From Octopus sinensis (taxonomy: Eukaryota), in NCBI RefSeq assembly GCF_006345805.1, contig NC_042998.1, forward strand, positions 80,662,001 to 80,726,000: a stretch of DNA of 64,000 nt. The letters are read 5' to 3'. A program made the translations under genes and the position numbers. Positions 35,467 through 48,596 of the stretch are shown here, piece after piece; the first letter of the stretch is position 1; each line of letters starts with the position of its first letter. The notes beneath the pieces are model-generated. The model saw only the letters and a program-made list of their open reading frames with translations. It was not told the DNA's origin and made no database searches.

Positions 35467-38400
35467 CTTTCAGTCTATTAAAGCCACTCACAAGGCTTTA
35501 GTCAGCCTAGAGCTATAGCAGAAGACACCCAATGTGTCACACAATGTGACTGAAGATAAAATAATCATGTTGTTGGGAAATAATTTTATTGCCTCTAGAA
35601 AAGTTTGAAGCAGCAAAGTCAATGACAGAAATTACAAGTCCAAATGTAATAATGGCAATATATTCAGTCTAGTATTTTGCTATTTCTATCACAGTATCAC
35701 TCCCTAATGTTACTAAATTAAGGATGATGGCCTCCTTCAATCGTTTGTATATTTGACAGGAACAATAAATTTACTTTAAGAGTTCCAAGAGTGAGATGTT
35801 CAGGTTTTGCTTGTACTTTGAAATACACTTGATGAGTCAGAGTATTTTACTATTGGTTTCATTGTTCTTTGGAACATTACATTTCTTAATTACCAAACTA
35901 TAAAGATACAAGTTGATTAGAAAGTTCTTTTTGTGCTAACACACACACACCCCACCTCTCACACACTCATACATATATTGTGGGCTTAATTCTTCATCTA
36001 GTTGTGTGTTGTATCCATGAACAAGCTGCTAATTTGAGATTTCTTTAATTGAATTGAGTAGCAGGTGAAGGCTGGTGTAGCTCTAGCAAAGAAGAGTATA
36101 AAAACAAATGTGGTACATACATATAGGTGGATGGAGCAGCTGGAAACTAAGTATTTTCATTAGTCATACAATGCAAAACCAGTTGTCAGTACTTGAACCA
36201 TCTATTTATTGATCAACAATATAACATACTGCTTTCTCTCTATTGGAACAGCTATGGTTCTTGTACTTTTTTCTTTGGAAGATCAAAGTGTTTTGTTATT
36301 GACACAGTGCAGAACTAATCATAAATAGCTGAACCATCTATGTGTTGATCAGCAGTGTAACATCTCTCTTCATTGGAACAGCCCTGGCTCTACAATGTAC
36401 ATGTGCTTCTTTCTATGGAAAATCTATTCTTTTCTGAAGTAATTAACTGCTGGAGTATGTCTCCAATATTAATTTCTAACATCATCTTCTGTGTGCTGTG
36501 CAAGCATGGCTGTGTATTTGAGAAGTTTGCTTCACAATCACACGATAGGAAGCTTTAGTTCAACTATGTTGCACCTTGGGCAAATATCTTCTTCTATAAT
36601 TCTGGGCTTAATAATGCCTTGTGAATGAATTTGATAGACAGAAAGTGTGTCAAAATCCATTGTATGTGTGTACATACATACATACATCATCATCATCAAG
36701 CGGACGTTAAACGATGATGATGATGATGATGATGTATGTACACACACACACACACACAATGGATTTATATGTATACATATGTATGTATGCAGGCATGTAT
36801 GTATACATACATATATACATGATGATGGCCATCCACTTGTATGTATGATATGTGGCTTAGTGGTTAGGGTATTTGGCTCACGATCGTAAGGTCACGAGTT
36901 CAATTCCCAGCAATGCGTTGTGTCCTTGAGCAAGACACTTTATTTCATGTTGCTCCAGTCGACTCAGTTGGCAAAAATGGGTAGTACCTGTATTTCAAAG
37001 GGCAAGCCTTGTCACTTTCTGTGTCACACTGAATCTCCCCGAGAACTACGTGCAAGTGTCTGTGGAGTGCTCAGCCACTTACACGTTAATTTTAAGAGCA
37101 GGCTGTTCCATTGATTGTATCAGCTGGGACCCTCATTGTCATAACCGACGGAGTGCTCCATACATACACACACTCACACACACAATAAATCCCAAAAAGA
37201 AAAACAAGCAAGAAACACAACAATGTGAGGATGTGGTACATGTAAAGTATTAGCAGACGCTCAGGGAAGGACACACACACATGTCTGTCTGTGTGTATCT
37301 GTCTTTGTGTTTATTTCTACCAGTGTTGGTTTGTTGATATCCCTATAATAGTGAATTGGCAAAAGAGGCAATGGAATAGGCATGAAACTTGAAAAGAATA
37401 AGTCTTAATTCACTAAACACTTCAGTAGTTTATACCCCAGCATTACCTCACTCCAATGATTGACAGTAGGAAAAGAATGTTTTACAGTAATCCCTCACCA
37501 TATTGTGGTTCACCTATTGTGCACTCAGTACATCATGGATTTTTCTGGCTAATGTATGTAAATTTATATCACTGGTTTTTGTGGTTGATAGGTATTTATA
37601 TTTTTTTAGATTTTAATTATTTCTGTGGGAGGTTTTGGAACATAACACCCGCGATAGTCGAGGGATTGCTGCATATTCTTGTCAGTAGAATATTTAGTTA
37701 GCCAGTAGGCTTATTTTGATTGGTCAATTTGCTAAGAATAGTAATTGAATTTTTCAATCATTTTAAAACATAAATAAAGGATGGACTACTTTGTGTAATG
37801 TTGTCTTGGAATATATATAAAAAATAAGTCATCAAAAAAGAGGATGGCCATTATGGAAATGCTTCTGATCATATATCTGCTTAGTCACAGCTTATTGGTA
37901 CCAAACAATAACATATACAAACAAAAAAAAGATATAGAATTTAATACCTCGAGAGAAACAAAAAAGAGCACAAAGAAAACCCATTGTTCTCAGTAACGAG
38001 AAGACTTTAAAATTAAATAATGAAGAAAAATTATACATAGTTAAATATGTAATTTGGAAGAAGGAAGAAAATCTATAAATATTTAAAATTTTCTTTGTAA
38101 GAAATGAGTTGGAGAAAACAACAGAAACATTCTTCTATATATCCTTCCTGAGATATTTTTACTTAAAGCAAGTTATGTTGGGGAAAAAAAAAATTTGATA
38201 AAAATAATCTTTTTTTCTTTTATTTTTTAATTGTTTCTGTCATTAGACTGTGGCCATGCTGGGGTACTGCTCTGAAGAATGTTTAGTTGAAAGAATCGAT
38301 CCTGAGTACTCTTATTTTTTAAAGCATGTTACTTATTCTATCAGTCCCTTTTGTAAAATTGCTAAGTTATGAGGATGTAAACACACCAACACTGGCTGCC

Positions 38401-40927
38401 AAGCAGTGTGGTGGTGGACAAACATAGGCACAAATTGGCTTTTTTCAGTTTCCATCTACCAAATTGACTCACAAGGCTTTCGTTGGCCCAAGGACTGAAC
38501 CCTCAAAGTTATATGGGTGCAAAGCGAACTTCTTAACTACACAACCAAGTATGGATACACTCATATACATGTATACATGCTCAGAAACACACACACATGC
38601 ACGCATACACATGTATATGTGTGTGTGTGATGAATTCATGTTAAGAAAACATGAACGTCCAGTCCATTGATAAGCTGAAGGAGCTACTCATTGAATTAAT
38701 GTACAAAGTGGCTGAATACTCCACAGACCCCTGAATCCTAAAGATAATTTTCAAGTACAATCAGCACATGAGACAAGGCTGGATCATTGAACTGTAAGAG
38801 CATTTCAACTGACAAATTTCTACTGTCTCCATCCATGACCTTTCGCTATCAAGGTCTTCGTCAACATGAGGTTACACTGAAAGACACACATGTCCAAGAT
38901 GCTAGACAGTAAGATCGAACTCAGAATCTTCTGGTTACAAAGCGAACTACTTGGCTACACACGCTCACACGCACACACCCGAAACTTCTGGCTTTGGGCC
39001 AAAATTTGAAAACCACTTTTGTGCATCCATATCTCTTTCAGACATTTTGTGCCCTTGTGTTGGAAACTTGCAAACATCTGTTTTTAGTAGTCATTAAAAC
39101 ATCATTTAGCATAAAACTCCGTGTATTAACGAACTTTTTTCACTGAAATGAAGATTAAAATTAGGAGTGTTTGTAATACATTGGCTACAAAGTATTGGGC
39201 TTCAAAGTTTTCCCGTTCACTTTTATTAAGAATAAACACAATAATGTAATAATGCTTTATTATGATTAAATTGCTTTTGACTCTCTCGTCGATTCGACGA
39301 ATGAAATGTTCAGCAAGATATAGCTAAAACGACCATCGCTTAAGGCCGCCTGTGAGCAGCATCAAAGCTGAAGATTCTGGTTGCATTTTCTGTATATCAC
39401 CGTTGTTTTTTTCCCTGTTACCACTGCACAAGGAAGAAAGCGTGACTGTTTTAATGCCAGTGTCTTGATTTGCTGAACAATCTGCACAATAAATACTATT
39501 ATTGTCGACATGGTTTGTGCAGAGTCAATCCCATTCTCTCGACCATCAAATTTGTGCTGGTCTCGTGTAACAAGTGTCATGATCCCAGTAGTTATCAGAA
39601 TGCAGGATTTGTATGGAGTTACCTTCTCTTAGATGAGCAGCTCTGAGTCCATTAGGGTGTTTGTAAGTGACTTTATTCTGGCAACAGTAGTGTTGACTAT
39701 CCACTTTTATACAACACAGTGCGTTATAAATGTTATTGTGAAGCTTTTAAAACTCTTTAGACTCCAAAATCGAAATGGGTTTTATAACGTTGTAGTGTAT
39801 TATACCTGGACTTTTCCAGTATGTTTTTATGAGTGGAGGTCACATCTATAAATGTAAATAACAACGTAATAACTGTACATTTTATCTGTCATTAAATGAC
39901 ATTTGTATCATAAAAAAACAACAACAAAAACAGCGGTTGTGTTTACCCAGTGTAGAATGCTTGAAATGTTTTCTTCAATTATCAGAAAATTACCTACTTG
40001 CAGACAAAAGAGAGTCGATTCAACCGACTGTCAACATATATTAGTTATCTACTTTAGTTTATATAACATTTTGTAAGTAAAAACGCTGCTGGGTTTTTTA
40101 TGTCTGTTTGGTTTTGTGTTTTGATTTTTTTGTTTCTTGTTTTTTTTTTTTTGTTTTTCTAAAAAATAGCGATATTGGGGTTTATTTTGTGTGAACAATG
40201 ATACTGTTGGTTACAGGTCTTGAATAGGCCAATCACTTAGTTTGCAGTATTTCAGACTGTGAGACTCACTTACAAGGACGTATAGCTAGCTCGGTGATGA
40301 ATAAATATCTAAAGGAAGTTACTTCGTAATGCACTGATTTTTCTCAATCTCTCGCCAATGTTTATATCATTCGGTGAAAGATACACACAGCACATACATA
40401 CGTCCACACAAACACACACACATACACACAATGTCAGAGAATTAGTACATGGACACTCCTTAGGTGCCTGTTCTCCCACATACACACACAACTATCCCAG
40501 AGTTAGTAGTCCTGCTGCAAATTGCATGGCAACCTCAGTAGTGCAGCTGGCTCAAAAGAGAGCACCCTGTCTTCACCGTAAAATGATGGGCATTAGGAAG
40601 GACCATAAAACTGTGCTAGAGCTCGATGCAATCCTTGGAGACATCGGCTTCTGTCAAACCTTTCAATCGATACCAGCATATAACATGGACATTAAATGAT
40701 GATAATGATGATGATATCATTGTATTTGTCTCTCAGTGTTTGACAACTGGAGCTTAGTTTAATTACATCAAACCTAGCGATTTAGCAAAAAGTAATTAGA
40801 ATAAGTTCCAAACTTGAAATACGTACAGGGATCGATTTGATCAACTAAACTCTTTAAAACAGAGCCTCAGCATGGTTATAGTCCAATGGCTGAAACAAGA
40901 ATAAAAGCATAAAGGAGCCTCTGTAAT

Positions 40928-40964
40928 TCACTGACGAGGTCTAATCAGATCGAAACATGTCTGA
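40928..40964 (+). ncRNA. Minimal type I hammerhead ribozyme fold
   Basis: UCA-CUGACGA-GGUCU AAUC AGAUC-GAA-AC AU GU-C-UGA: canonical core, 5-bp stem II closed by G-C, palindromic ACAUGU stem III, GUC triplet, 3-bp stem I. Confidence 0.6.
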
Positions 40965-41159
40965 TATCTCCATAACACTTCAAATCTTTATTTAATACTT
41001 TTACTGATTGAAATTTCAGTAGTTTTCTCCCTTGCACTTTCTGAAAATAATTTTCATTGGCGTTGATGACTTTTGTTTTCATTAGAATTATAATCTCAAT
41101 TAACGAGAAAATATTTTTAGTTCACAACCTCAGATATGATAGCCTGCACTGTCTGTATG

Positions 41160-42025
41160 TAAGTGGTCTGATCAATAAGTATCTGCACTGTTGCCATAGT
41201 AACGAAGCTAAAGCACGCGGAGAGAAGACGCTTTGCACAGATTGACCTTGAACCCTATTGCACATGCTCACTTCCGCTGTTTACAGCAGTGCTTGGAAGG
41301 AAGGTGTGTAGCGTGTAATCATCGCACTGACCATGACAGAGAAAGTTGACCAGAGAATCTGCATCAAATTTTGCCAAAAGCTTGGCGATACCTGCTCAGA
41401 GGCCTACGCAGTTTTCAAAAAGTTTTCATCGTTCTCGACACAACCAAGGAGATCTTGTGCAACTGAAACCCGAGTGTCCTTTTGGTCAGCTGAAAGCAGT
41501 TTTGTCACAAACTTGGCAGACACGCGTCCCGTACCCAAATCTTCTGTGATAATGGACTGAACTGTAACTAATCTGCACATCTTCTCATAATTCACGGGTA
41601 GTGATTTAACGATTTTTCCCTCACAACTGCACGCACATCTGCGATGTTTTACTCAGTTCTGCTGGTTCCGGGTCACCCAGAACGCTCGTCAATATCGACA
41701 TTTTTTCTGCTAACTTGGAAATATCTGAACTACTCGTACACTTGTGTGCGGCTCATGCACTCCTCTCCATACACTTTCTGCAACTTTGCGTAGGGCTCTG
41801 AGCAGGTATTGTCATCACAACTTTCTGTCATGGTGAATGCGACGATCAAACGCTACACACGTTCCTTTCAAGCACTGTTGTAAACAGCAGAAGTGAGCTA
41901 GAACGTTAAAACTTCGTGCGCATTCACAGCAAAGTTCACGGTCAATCTTCGCCAAGCGGCTTCACACTGCGTGCTTTAGCTTCGTAACTATGGCAACAGT
42001 CCGGATACTTATTGATCAGACTTCG
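41160..42025. mobile_element. Composite of two mariner 5' ends joined in inverted orientation
   Basis: Both ends carry gtctgatcaataagtatc...ctgttgccatagt-acgaagctaaagcacgc. Left piece encodes MTEKVDQRICIKFCQKLGDTCSEAYA; right (minus) piece runs to ...SAKFVTKLLSADQK...ENDENFLKT. Junction at 41410/41411. Confidence 0.85.
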
Positions 42026-44219
42026 TGTGGGGCTAAATCGTTTATATCAACTCCAGTGATCATCTCTTACTTATTTTATCGACCCTGAAAAGATGAAAGG
42101 CAAAGTCAGCCTCAGTGGAATTTGAAATGGATGCACAATATTAACCACACATTATAACCCATTTGTCCACAGAGAAAAATATATCGTATAGATATGCCAA
42201 ACGATGCCCTGAGCATGGTCGAGCAATAATATTCCTTTGATTTTTTCCGTTGCTTAACCATTTGTCTGTTCTGTGTATTACAAGATATACTCTGAACATA
42301 TTTTCCTGGCGTCCATACATTGTATATGATATACATTTCAATTTTTTTAACGAATAAAATAACATTAGACTTATGAGAGGAAATATTTACTCTGGCATGA
42401 AACAAGAGTAACCCTAAAACAAGCATGGACGTTTGTGATAAACTTATGAAAATGCTTTGGACAAGTAACGGGTTCAGTCACTAAATATTGAGACGTAAGT
42501 ATTGAATATAAAATAATTCCGTTTTTTTTTCATGTTATCCAAGTCAGATGTCATAGCTATATTAAATATAACTTAGTTTTAAAGTACATTAATTTAACAC
42601 TAAATAGCAGTAAGTAATATAAATAAATTACGATGGACTGTGGTAACTGGAAAGTTTAAAATTTCAAGATTTCTTTTATTTATTAAAAGGGAAAAAATGT
42701 TATGATATACAACATGCACCATGAAATATGTAGATTTGGAAAAAAAATCAAGCCTTTAGTGTTTCGCTAATCTTGGTTATCTAACGCATGCTTAAATTGT
42801 TTACTGGTTTGTCATGGCCTGATTTAAGAGGAACTATGTAGAGAGAAACTTCGACCAACATTTTTAAAATTGAACAACAATCCGTATTTGGTAAGCTTAT
42901 TTAAGCAAAACCATATATTAAAGAGAGACATTAGTGGATATACAAAGATTGGAATTATACGATGAAGATTTCTATACGATGAAGATTTCTATACGATGAA
43001 GATTTCTATACGATGTTAGAAAATTCGACCTATCCTTCTTCAATTGAATAGCAATGCTTTTTTTTTGTAAAATTGAAAAGAAGTCGAAAAAGTGTTCTCC
43101 ATATTTAACTGCTCACAAATGCAATTTAAGATTTCACCAACGAAAATGAAATGAAGAATGGAAAACATTGAAATTTATTGTTGTATTATTCTCTAGTAAC
43201 TGCCATTCCTCAAATATGCCTCCTCACCTACCGTTTTAGTGAAAGATGAGACTAGATAATTGAGTATGCCGTTTGTGGGTAAAAAACAACAACAGAAAAT
43301 GAAATGGATTCAGTTGGAATATCATCGATTAGCAGCCAAATCTCCCTAAAATCTCATCTTAGCTTCTTAAAAGGAAACTATCTACTGCATATTCGAGTTT
43401 TACATGCATCAAGCCTAAAATGAAGAAGGGAAAAAAAAATAACTGGTTACAATTTGAATGCTTTTGATCATAATGTCTTCATGGGGGTTAAATAACAACA
43501 ACACCGAGCAAATACGTCATCATCGATGGTAAACTAACTCTATAATATTTTCTCTTTACTTTTTCATTTTGCTCTTTCACCATTTCGATCACTTCGTGTA
43601 AAGCATAATCCAACTGGCTGGAGATTTGCATCGTATGTTGTACTTATTCAGATTTGCAATTTTCATATTTGCCGAAGCCATTAAAGTTCTGCTTGATGAG
43701 TTTTTCCGTCAATTTCATTCCTTCTGTTTCCAACTGTTTCTCTGTGTACATAATAACATATGTTAGTTTGTCTATCATTCTTTCATTTTCGTTTCATCTA
43801 ATCCCTTTCCTCCCTCTTTTGCATGCAGACACACACATAAAACTATTTATTTACCATCGTATGTACTTAGTCATTTAGTTGGTCTTTCAGGATTAGTGGT
43901 ATCCATCCAACAAATGGGTATTCGACCGGAATGACTTCAATAGAGGTGAATATGGGATATATAACTTCTCTTCTCGAGAGAATTCACGTTATAAGTGAAG
44001 TGAAACTGCTACAAGGGGCCACAGACTGGGAATTGCAAATATCAGTATGATACTCGCCACACACTCAGAATTTTCTAATCAGCATTTTGGTTAATGTACA
44101 TCAAAGAATTAAAGTTTATCGTTGGTTAACCTGTGTCTGAGCGACGAATATTTACAGTTAAGCAGAACAAAACACATTGACATAAAGAACACAACCACAT
44201 ACATACATACATACATACT

Positions 44220-44773
44220 TTATTTTACGAGGACCCGCTTTACGAGACCACCGGGTTTACGAGTTTTATTTTTCAGCACAAGATCCAAATTTTGAACAAA
44301 GTGCAAAAGTTTTTACTACCATAATAAATGCTTCTGCGTGTTACCGAGAAATTTATAGTGGCGAAAAAAAGAAGCTTCTTCTAAGCAAGCAATTCTAGAC
44401 TTGTTTTTTAAAAAAGAAATCTACAAGTCTGTCTACGAGTGCTTGTGAATTGGTGATCACGTCTACAAGTGATGGTGTGTTCGAGTCTAATGCGAGTGAA
44501 AGTGATTCAGAAAACGATAATAATAATAATATTTTTTTATTATAAATGATCTTGACATTCTTTTTACTTTACGTAAAATATTCTTTACATTCCACTGTTG
44601 TTTTATTGCCATTTATTTATGAGTATTTTAAATATTATAGGGAAAATATTTTTCTGGGAGGAATTACGATGTATAATATTGCTACCATGGGAAATTATTG
44701 CTCTGCTTTACGAGTCTTTGTTTTACGAGCGGTCTCTGGGAACAAATTAACTTGTATATCGAGGCATTACTAT
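44220..44773 (+). mobile_element. Tigger/pogo-like DNA transposon 3' remnant
   Basis: Right end reads on minus as tagtaatgcctcgatatacaagttaatttgttcc; repeated tttacgag subterminal motifs. Confidence 0.55.
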
Positions 44774-44784
44774 GCATACATACA

Positions 44785-45445
44785 TATATAAAGGGAAAGT
44801 TTACGAAAATAAACAAAAGACGAAGGCAGGTGGAGTACAAACAAACAAATGTATTAGTATAGCGTTCAGGAATAGAAATAGAAAAAGTCTTTTACGTTTC
44901 GAGCCTACGCTCTTCGACAGAAGGATACACAGAAGAAAACAAGGAGAGAAAAAAATGCGTGTAGGAGTTAACGATCTATCATGGCGTCCTCTTTTTTTTA
45001 TCCTCCTTCTCTTGGGCAGTTGCAGGCGGAGACGACGGGGCGGCCAGGGTTGTTGGGTTTGTGGATTTTGGGGAGGAAGTAAATGGTGGGGGTGCGTAGG
45101 GTTCGGACAATGATGTTGGATGTGGTGTGGGGGAGACGGGAAGACGAGATGAGGTCGTGGACAGTAGAGGAGACCGTCTGTTGGTAGCTAAGCGTGGGGT
45201 CAGAGGACAGAGGGGAGTAGAAGGAGGTGTCATTGAATTGGCGGAGCGCCTCGGCCCTGTAGAGGTCCGCGCGCCACACCACCACAGCTCCACCCTTGTC
45301 GGCCGGTTTAATGACAATGTCAGCGCGCCGTCGGAGGGAACGAAGAGCCGAGAGCTCGGCCGGGGAGATGTTGAGGCGGGGGTGGCGCCTGGAGAAGTTG
45401 AACCGCTCCAAAGCACGCTGACAGGCACCCGCGAAAAGATCCACA
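44785..45445 (-). mobile_element. Penelope-like element: RT N-terminal fragment fused directly to a pLTR tail
   Basis: NISPAELSALRSL...IVIKPADKGGAVVVW...YFLPKIHKPNNPGRPVVSACNCP, then a tail with a hammerhead-like motif at 44886-44924. Confidence 0.85.
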
Positions 45446-45483
45446 CATACACACGCGTGTGTGTGTATGTATATATAAATCTA

Positions 45484-45538
<55 letters not shown>

Positions 45539-45541
45539 ATT

Positions 45542-45635
<94 letters not shown>

Positions 45636-45708
45636 CATCCATCCATCTATCTAAATTTATACACATATACGTGTATATATATATATCTTTATACACATAT
45701 ACGTGTAT

Positions 45709-45747
<39 letters not shown>

Positions 45748-46521
45748 CATACATAGGCGTAGGAGTGGCTGTGTGGTAAGTAGCTTGCTTACCGACCACA
45801 TGGTTCAGGGTTCAGTCTTCTACTATAGCGTCGGGCCGACCAAAGCCTTGTTGAGTGGATTTAGTAGACGGAAACTGAAAGAAGCCCGTCGTATATATGT
45901 ATATATATATGTATGTGTGTGTCTGTGTTTGTCCTCCCAACATCGCTTGACCGATGCTGGTGTGTTTACGTCTCCGTAGCTTAGCGGTTCGGCAAAAGAG
46001 ACCGATAGAATAAGTACTAGGCTTACAAAAAATAAGTCCTAAGTCGATTTGCTTGACGCGAATGGGAAAAACTGGTCAGCAACTTGGGAAAGTACATCAA
46101 TAAATTGATTTTGATATGTTGATTTGAAATTTTGGCTCAGGATCAGCAAGTTCGGTGGAAGCATAAAGTTGATTACGTCGATCCCAGTATTTGACTAGGG
46201 CTTATTTTATCGACCCCCAAAAGGAATGAAAGGCAAAGTTGATGTCGGCGGAAGTTGAACCCAGAAATTGATTTTAATATATTAACAAAGGCGGTAAGGT
46301 GGTAGAATCGTTAGCACGCCGGAAAAATGCTCACTCTTTTATTTGTTTTAGTCATTTGACTGTGGCCATGCTAGCGCACCGCCTTTTAGTCAAACAAATC
46401 GACCCTAGAAGTTATTTTTTGTAAGCCTAGTACTTATTCTATCTGTCTCTTTTGCCGAACTGCTAAGTTACGGAGACGCTGACACACCAACATCGGTTGT
46501 CAAGCGATGTTTGGGGGAACA

Positions 46522-46602
<81 letters not shown>

Positions 46603-47909
46603 CACACACACGCATACAGTAGGCTTCTTTTAGTTTCCGACTATCAAATCCACTCAGAAGGCTTTGTTCGGCCCGAGGTTATAGTAAAAGACACTTGCCC
46701 AAGGTGCCACGCAGTGGGACTGAACCCAGAGCCATGTGGCTTTAAAGCTCTGAGTTCAAATTCCACCGAGATCGACTTTGACTTTCATCCTTTCGGGGTC
46801 GATAAAATAAGCACCAGTTAAGTACTGGGTCCGATGTAATTGACAAGTCCTTTGCCCCGAAATTGCTGGTCTTGTGCCAAAATTTGAAACCAATATATCA
46901 GCAAGGGCAGCTAGCGAGCAAAATCGTTAGCATGTTGGGAAAATACTTAACCACAGTTCCTTAAGCTTTACATTCTGAGTTCGAACTCCGCCGAGATCGA
47001 CTTTACCTTTTATCCATCGATCGCTAAAGTAAGTACCAGTTAAGCACACGGAAATCGATGTAATCAAGTAACCGCTTCCTCCAAAATTTCAGGCTTTCTG
47101 TCTATCGTAGAAAGAAATATATTAACAATAAATTTATTTAATTTTTGAAGTTATAGATTGTACGTAAAGTGGCGGCTTATAAGATGCGTTAGAGCGTGTG
47201 ATAAAATGCTTTGCAATATTTATTCCAACGTTTGAATTCCATACAATACTTGCCAAGGGGCGATGTGATGACGGAACTTTTAGAGTATTTGCTTCGGGTT
47301 TTTATGTTCTAAGTACCAAAGCATACGTGGTCTGTATCTAGCTGATTAGATGATGTCTTGTAAAAAATACCTGGAGTAGGGCAACAAGAAACCACCACTG
47401 TACATTATTGCGATAATAACATGACAAGCACTATGTTCTTGACATGTGATTCTCTAGGAGACGTTCGTTGATCTCATAGTATAAAAAGAAATGAACTACC
47501 AGTGGTTAACAAATATTCTAAGCAATAAAGTGTGTCATCAAACTATGATAAAACATACTATAATGAAAAGGAAGAGCACGATAAAGAAACGCAATTGGTA
47601 GAGCGCCAAATTACTTGTCCTACGGCGTTATTGTGTTAAGTTCCGATTTCAAATTCCGTCAGTACTCAAAGATGTCTTTCATTCTGGCATTGTGCCAATA
47701 TGTGAAATCTATTATTGGGAAAGATTTCGTAGATCAAATCAATTTGAAAACGATCTAGGAATATTGAAGCGTGCTTAGAATATTAAATATGGAGATGAAT
47801 CTTGCCAAAGAGACATATTACACTGAGGCGTCAATAAAAGGATTCATTCAAGAATTTTTGCACTTTTATCATCTTTCACCTTACACTCTTCATATCCATA
47901 CATTACGCA

Positions 47910-48092
<183 letters not shown>

Positions 48093-48596
48093 ATAAAGTA
48101 AAAGTTGTGAAGAATATTGGCTTCAAATTCTGGCACAAGGCCAGCAATTTCGAGGGAGAGGGTAAGTCGATTACATCGACTCTAGACCTCAACTAGTGCT
48201 TATTTTATTGACCTCAATGCTCACCTGGTACTTATTTTATCGATCACGTTAGGATGGAAGGCAAAGTCGACCCCGGAAAAATTTGAACTCAACACGTAAA
48301 GGCGGACAACATGCCGCTAAGCATTTTGCCCGGCGTGCAAACGATTCTGCCAGCTCACCGCTTTTGAGGAATAGAAAGAAATATTAAAATATACTTTACA
48401 CTCGTGCTAACGATTGCTTTTGTCTCATGGTAGTGCTCCAGCATGACCACAGTCACCTGGCTGAAGCTATAAAAGAATAGTGTAGATACTCAATGCGTTG
48501 GGCTGAGCCGATAGATTTGTTTATTATATCAAAAATTGACAAGCTGGGTTATTCATGACTGGATAGCCCAACGTGAAGTGAAACTCAGAGTAGAAA

